The notes under the pieces are model-generated. The model was not told the origin of the DNA. It saw only the letters and a program-made list of their open reading frames with translations, and ran no database searches. DNA of 63,287 bases, the filler included, from Octopus bimaculoides (lineage: Eukaryota): assembly GCF_001194135.2 (NCBI RefSeq). It is 6 parts of 5 records of this genome, joined end to end, with 100 filler letters (N's around TTAATTAATTAA, not from the genome) between each part and the next. Parts side by side here need not be neighbours in the genome. Positions count along the whole stretch, not along the records: positions 51,183 to 63,287 come from NC_068989.1; 5 more parts are not named here. One strand, 5' to 3'. Of this stretch, positions 60,166 to 63,287 are shown piece after piece. The stretch's first letter is position 1, and each line of letters opens with the position of its first letter. Made by a program: the position numbers and the translations under genes.

Positions 60166-61839
60166 CCAGTGATTAGGACTATTTACTCCTAGGTCAGTTG
60201 GTCACGCTTGGGAATTCAACCGAGAAGCTTAATGACTGCTACTTCTTAATATGATCTTATGGAGAAGATGCTTGAGGCGTCTACCTCCACGACTGTTCCC
60301 CGAATAGCAGTGGAGAAGAAGATGGATGTAGCGATAATTAAGACAACAGTTTAGCGGTATTGTTAGAGCGTTAGAAAAGATTGCATGCGTCATTTCTTCC
60401 AGATCTTTACGTTTGAAATTACGTTGAAATTACGCTGAGCCAACCAAATTTGCCTTTTATCATTGCGGGTTTGATAAAATAAGACTTCAGTTCGACTAAC
60501 TCCTTCCTGTAAGATTGCCGGCGGTGTGCCAATGCTAACGACAATTAATACAAAGGTCGTGTGCCTGAATAAATACCTGCAGCATTTAATTTCGTTCTTC
60601 GTCTGATTTAAATCCTTCTAACGGCATGGCATTAATTCTTTCAGGAACGAAAACAATTACTTTAAACATTTGATTCATTCAGCTAAGAATTGGGATTTTG
60701 TTTCAATGTGGAAAACAAAAATTAAATAAATAAAAAGAAAGCATTACTATCTAAAGGAGCAAATTTATAAAGGTATTAAATAAAATATAAGATTAAGTGC
60801 AATATTGCGTTTAGCATCGTATCTTTAGGTTTTAGATTCAATTATTATGGGCATTTATCGTCACCATTCATGACATTAGTGTGAAGGCACGTTGCCAGGA
60901 AGTTACTCGTGTTCGACTCATGAACACAAGATCAAGAGTTCAATTCCATTAGCGGCATGTACATTGCATCCTTGAGCAAGGCACTTCATTTCACGTTGCT
61001 CCAGCCTACACAACTGAAAATGAGTACCAGATGAATGCCTACACTGCTCTCTCACTCCCCCCTCTCTCTCTCTTTCTTTTTCGCTTTGTCTCCAATTGGC
61101 ACATCTTGGATGTTTGCTTGAACAAGTGTTGAGAGGGCCGTGAGAGTTTCTATGTCTTGTCGCGACTATGTAGAAGTAAACGAAATATTCATGGTATATA
61201 TATGGTATACATTACGAATTCTTATTCGTTCGAGAGTGTCAGCTGACTGCCCTGAACTTGTACTTAACTTCAGTGTTGAAACAGAATTATTACAAGTAGT
61301 AGCCTGAACCACTCTACAACTCCCGAACCCTGTTAAATTCTGTACCTAAATCAGAACCCATCTGCTCAGAGCACATCCGCTGTTTCAACTACAGTTACTA
61401 CTACTACTACTATACTACGGTATAATATTCGCGTATAAATATCATCGTTACCTGAGTTACTAGGTCCGAGAATGTATTTTGAAGTAATGGATGATCACAA
61501 GTATCAGAATATCAGGAGAGATAGACTGTGATGTTTATGTTATGATCTCGCCTGCGATAACCCTCGTGCCAAGTTTTATCGGTCTACAGTATTACCTTAG
61601 ACAATGTTGATGGATTAGAGAGCAGAGACTTGCTGTGTGGGGCAACGTCTGGTGTTCTATAACTATAAACATATCTAAAATGAGAAACATCTTTCCCAGC
61701 TCAATGTACGTACATCGGACGATAAATAGAAACTCAACACCAATCGACGTAGACCTTAGAAAATACTGTGTTGACGCCGAACTAGTGAAATAAGATCAAC
61801 ATAGGTCTGGGTTTTGTACAAAATGTATAAAACCTCTTT

Positions 61840-62012
61840 TGATTCTTTTATTTGTCTCAGTTATCTGACTGCGGCCATGCTCGAGCACCGTCTGTAGTCG
61901 AAGGAATCGACTCTAGAACCTATTCTATCGGTCTGTTTTCTTGAACCGTTAAGCTACGGGGACGTAAACACACCAACATCGGTTGTCAAGCGAAGGTGTG
62001 GGGACAAAAAAC

Positions 62013-62048
<36 letters not shown>

Positions 62049-62210
62049 TATATACATATGATGGGTTTCTTTCAGTTTCCATCTACCAGATCCACTCATA
62101 AGTCGGCCCGGTGCTATAGTAGAAGACAGTTGCCCAACGTGCCATGAAGTGGGCCGGAACCCAGGACCATGTGATTGGGAAGCAAGCTTCTTACCACACA
62201 GCCACGCCTG
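61840..62210 (-). mobile_element. SINE family A
   Basis: Reverse complement of the 58017 copy, including the (GT)n. Confidence 0.82.
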
Positions 62211-62284
62211 TAGAAGGTCTTTCACTGCCATACGCAGAAAGTTTGGCATTATGTCGGGGCAGGGGCTAGGGTTAGGGTTAGGGT

Positions 62285-62440
62285 AAATACATCGACCCCA
62301 GTACGCAATTGGTACTTACTTTATTGACCCTGAAAGGAAAAAAGGCACAGTCGACCTCGGCGGAATTCGAACTGCGAACGTGAAGACGTACGTGATGCTG
62401 CAAAGCATTTTGCCCCGCGTGCCATCTCGCTGCCTTATGG
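62285..62440 (-). mobile_element. SINE family B
   Basis: ATCGACCCCAGTACGCAATTGGTACTT...GTCGACCTCGGCGGAATT. Confidence 0.8.
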
Positions 62441-62956
62441 ACACGCATAAAACAGTTTTATTATACTGACATATAACCATACATTAACTGGATGGTGGTA
62501 TCTCTTTTATCAATATCGTAATATACTAGACTAAATCAAGCTCTGGGACATTTAAACCCCAAATGCGTTAGAAATACAGAATAAAATACAAAAGGAATTT
62601 CGTCCGACATTTTACCGCTTGAGCTCATTCTTTCACCTTAACAATACTTTGCAACAGTATAATTTATTATATTTGTATTAATTGACACAAAACTTGTGGA
62701 TTGCGGTTAACTGGATGTAGTTTCGTAATATCTTTTATTTTTTTACTTGTTTCAGTCATTGGACTGTGGTCATGCCGTGGAACCATCTTGAAGTGTTTAG
62801 TCTAACAACTCGACCGCGGTACTTATTTTTCAGTTTGATATCTATTTAACAGTTTCTTTTTGCTCAACCGCTAGATTATCGCGACGTAAGCAACCAACAC
62901 GACTGTGAAGTGGTGGGGCACACAAGCAAACACAAAAGCACACATTAATATTGTTG

Positions 62957-63287
62957 TTGGCACTCCGTCGCTTACGACGTCAAGACTTCCAGTTGATCCG
63001 ATCAACGGAATAGCCTGCTCGTGAAATTAACGTGCAAGTGGCTGAGCACTCCACAGACATGTGTACGCTTAACGTAGTTCTCAAGGATATTTAGCGTGAC
63101 ACAGTGTGACAAGGCTGACCCTTTGAATTACAGGCACAACAGAAACAAGAAGTATGAGTGAAAGAAAGTTGTGGTGAAACAGTACAGCAGGGTTCGCCAC
63201 CATACCCTGCCGGAGCCTCGTGGAGCTTTAGGTGTTTTCGCTCAGTAAACACTCACAACACCCGGTCTGGGAATCGAAACTGCGATC
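62957..63287 (-). mobile_element. tRNA-derived SINE family D, head cut by the window end
   Basis: Minus strand begins GATCGCAGTTTCGATTCCCAGACCGGG (B-box-like); GC-richer body. Family assignment from memory only. Confidence 0.6.

Overview
AT-rich, microsatellite-dense animal genomic DNA with many N gaps. The SINE/LINE repertoire resembles what I recall from octopus genomes (inference, not a database result). Five identical 100-bp spacers (44 N + TTAATTAATTAA + 44 N) cut the window into six joined segments (1-11590, 11691-28933, 29034-38296, 38397-48769, 48870-51082, 51183-63287), so neighbourhood across them is not evidence of linkage. Two host genes are supported. (1) A complete six-exon ETS transcription factor on + (CDS 29340-38190, 622 aa) with a PNT-like domain, an AT-hook-like motif and an ESE-type (ELF3/EHF/ELF5-like) ETS domain; three of its exons are not shown in the correct frame in the ORF track. 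(2) One internal exon of EDEM3 on - (16850-17012). The rest is largely transposon-derived: two oppositely oriented RTE LINEs, two mariners with TIRs, a near-full-length hAT (Buster/Charlie/SPIN-like), a maT-like element split by a LINE, a Tc1 fragment, a hAT MITE, several restriction-like-endonuclease (R4/Dong-like) retrotransposon fragments associated with (AAT)n, and several tRNA-derived SINE families. The most unusual non-coding signals are minimal hammerhead-ribozyme-like motifs (42031-42067, and an inverted pair at 37575-37900) and two fold-back structures. Most ORF-track entries are microsatellite or N-gap artefacts. No CRISPR arrays, rRNA or intact tRNA genes were seen.
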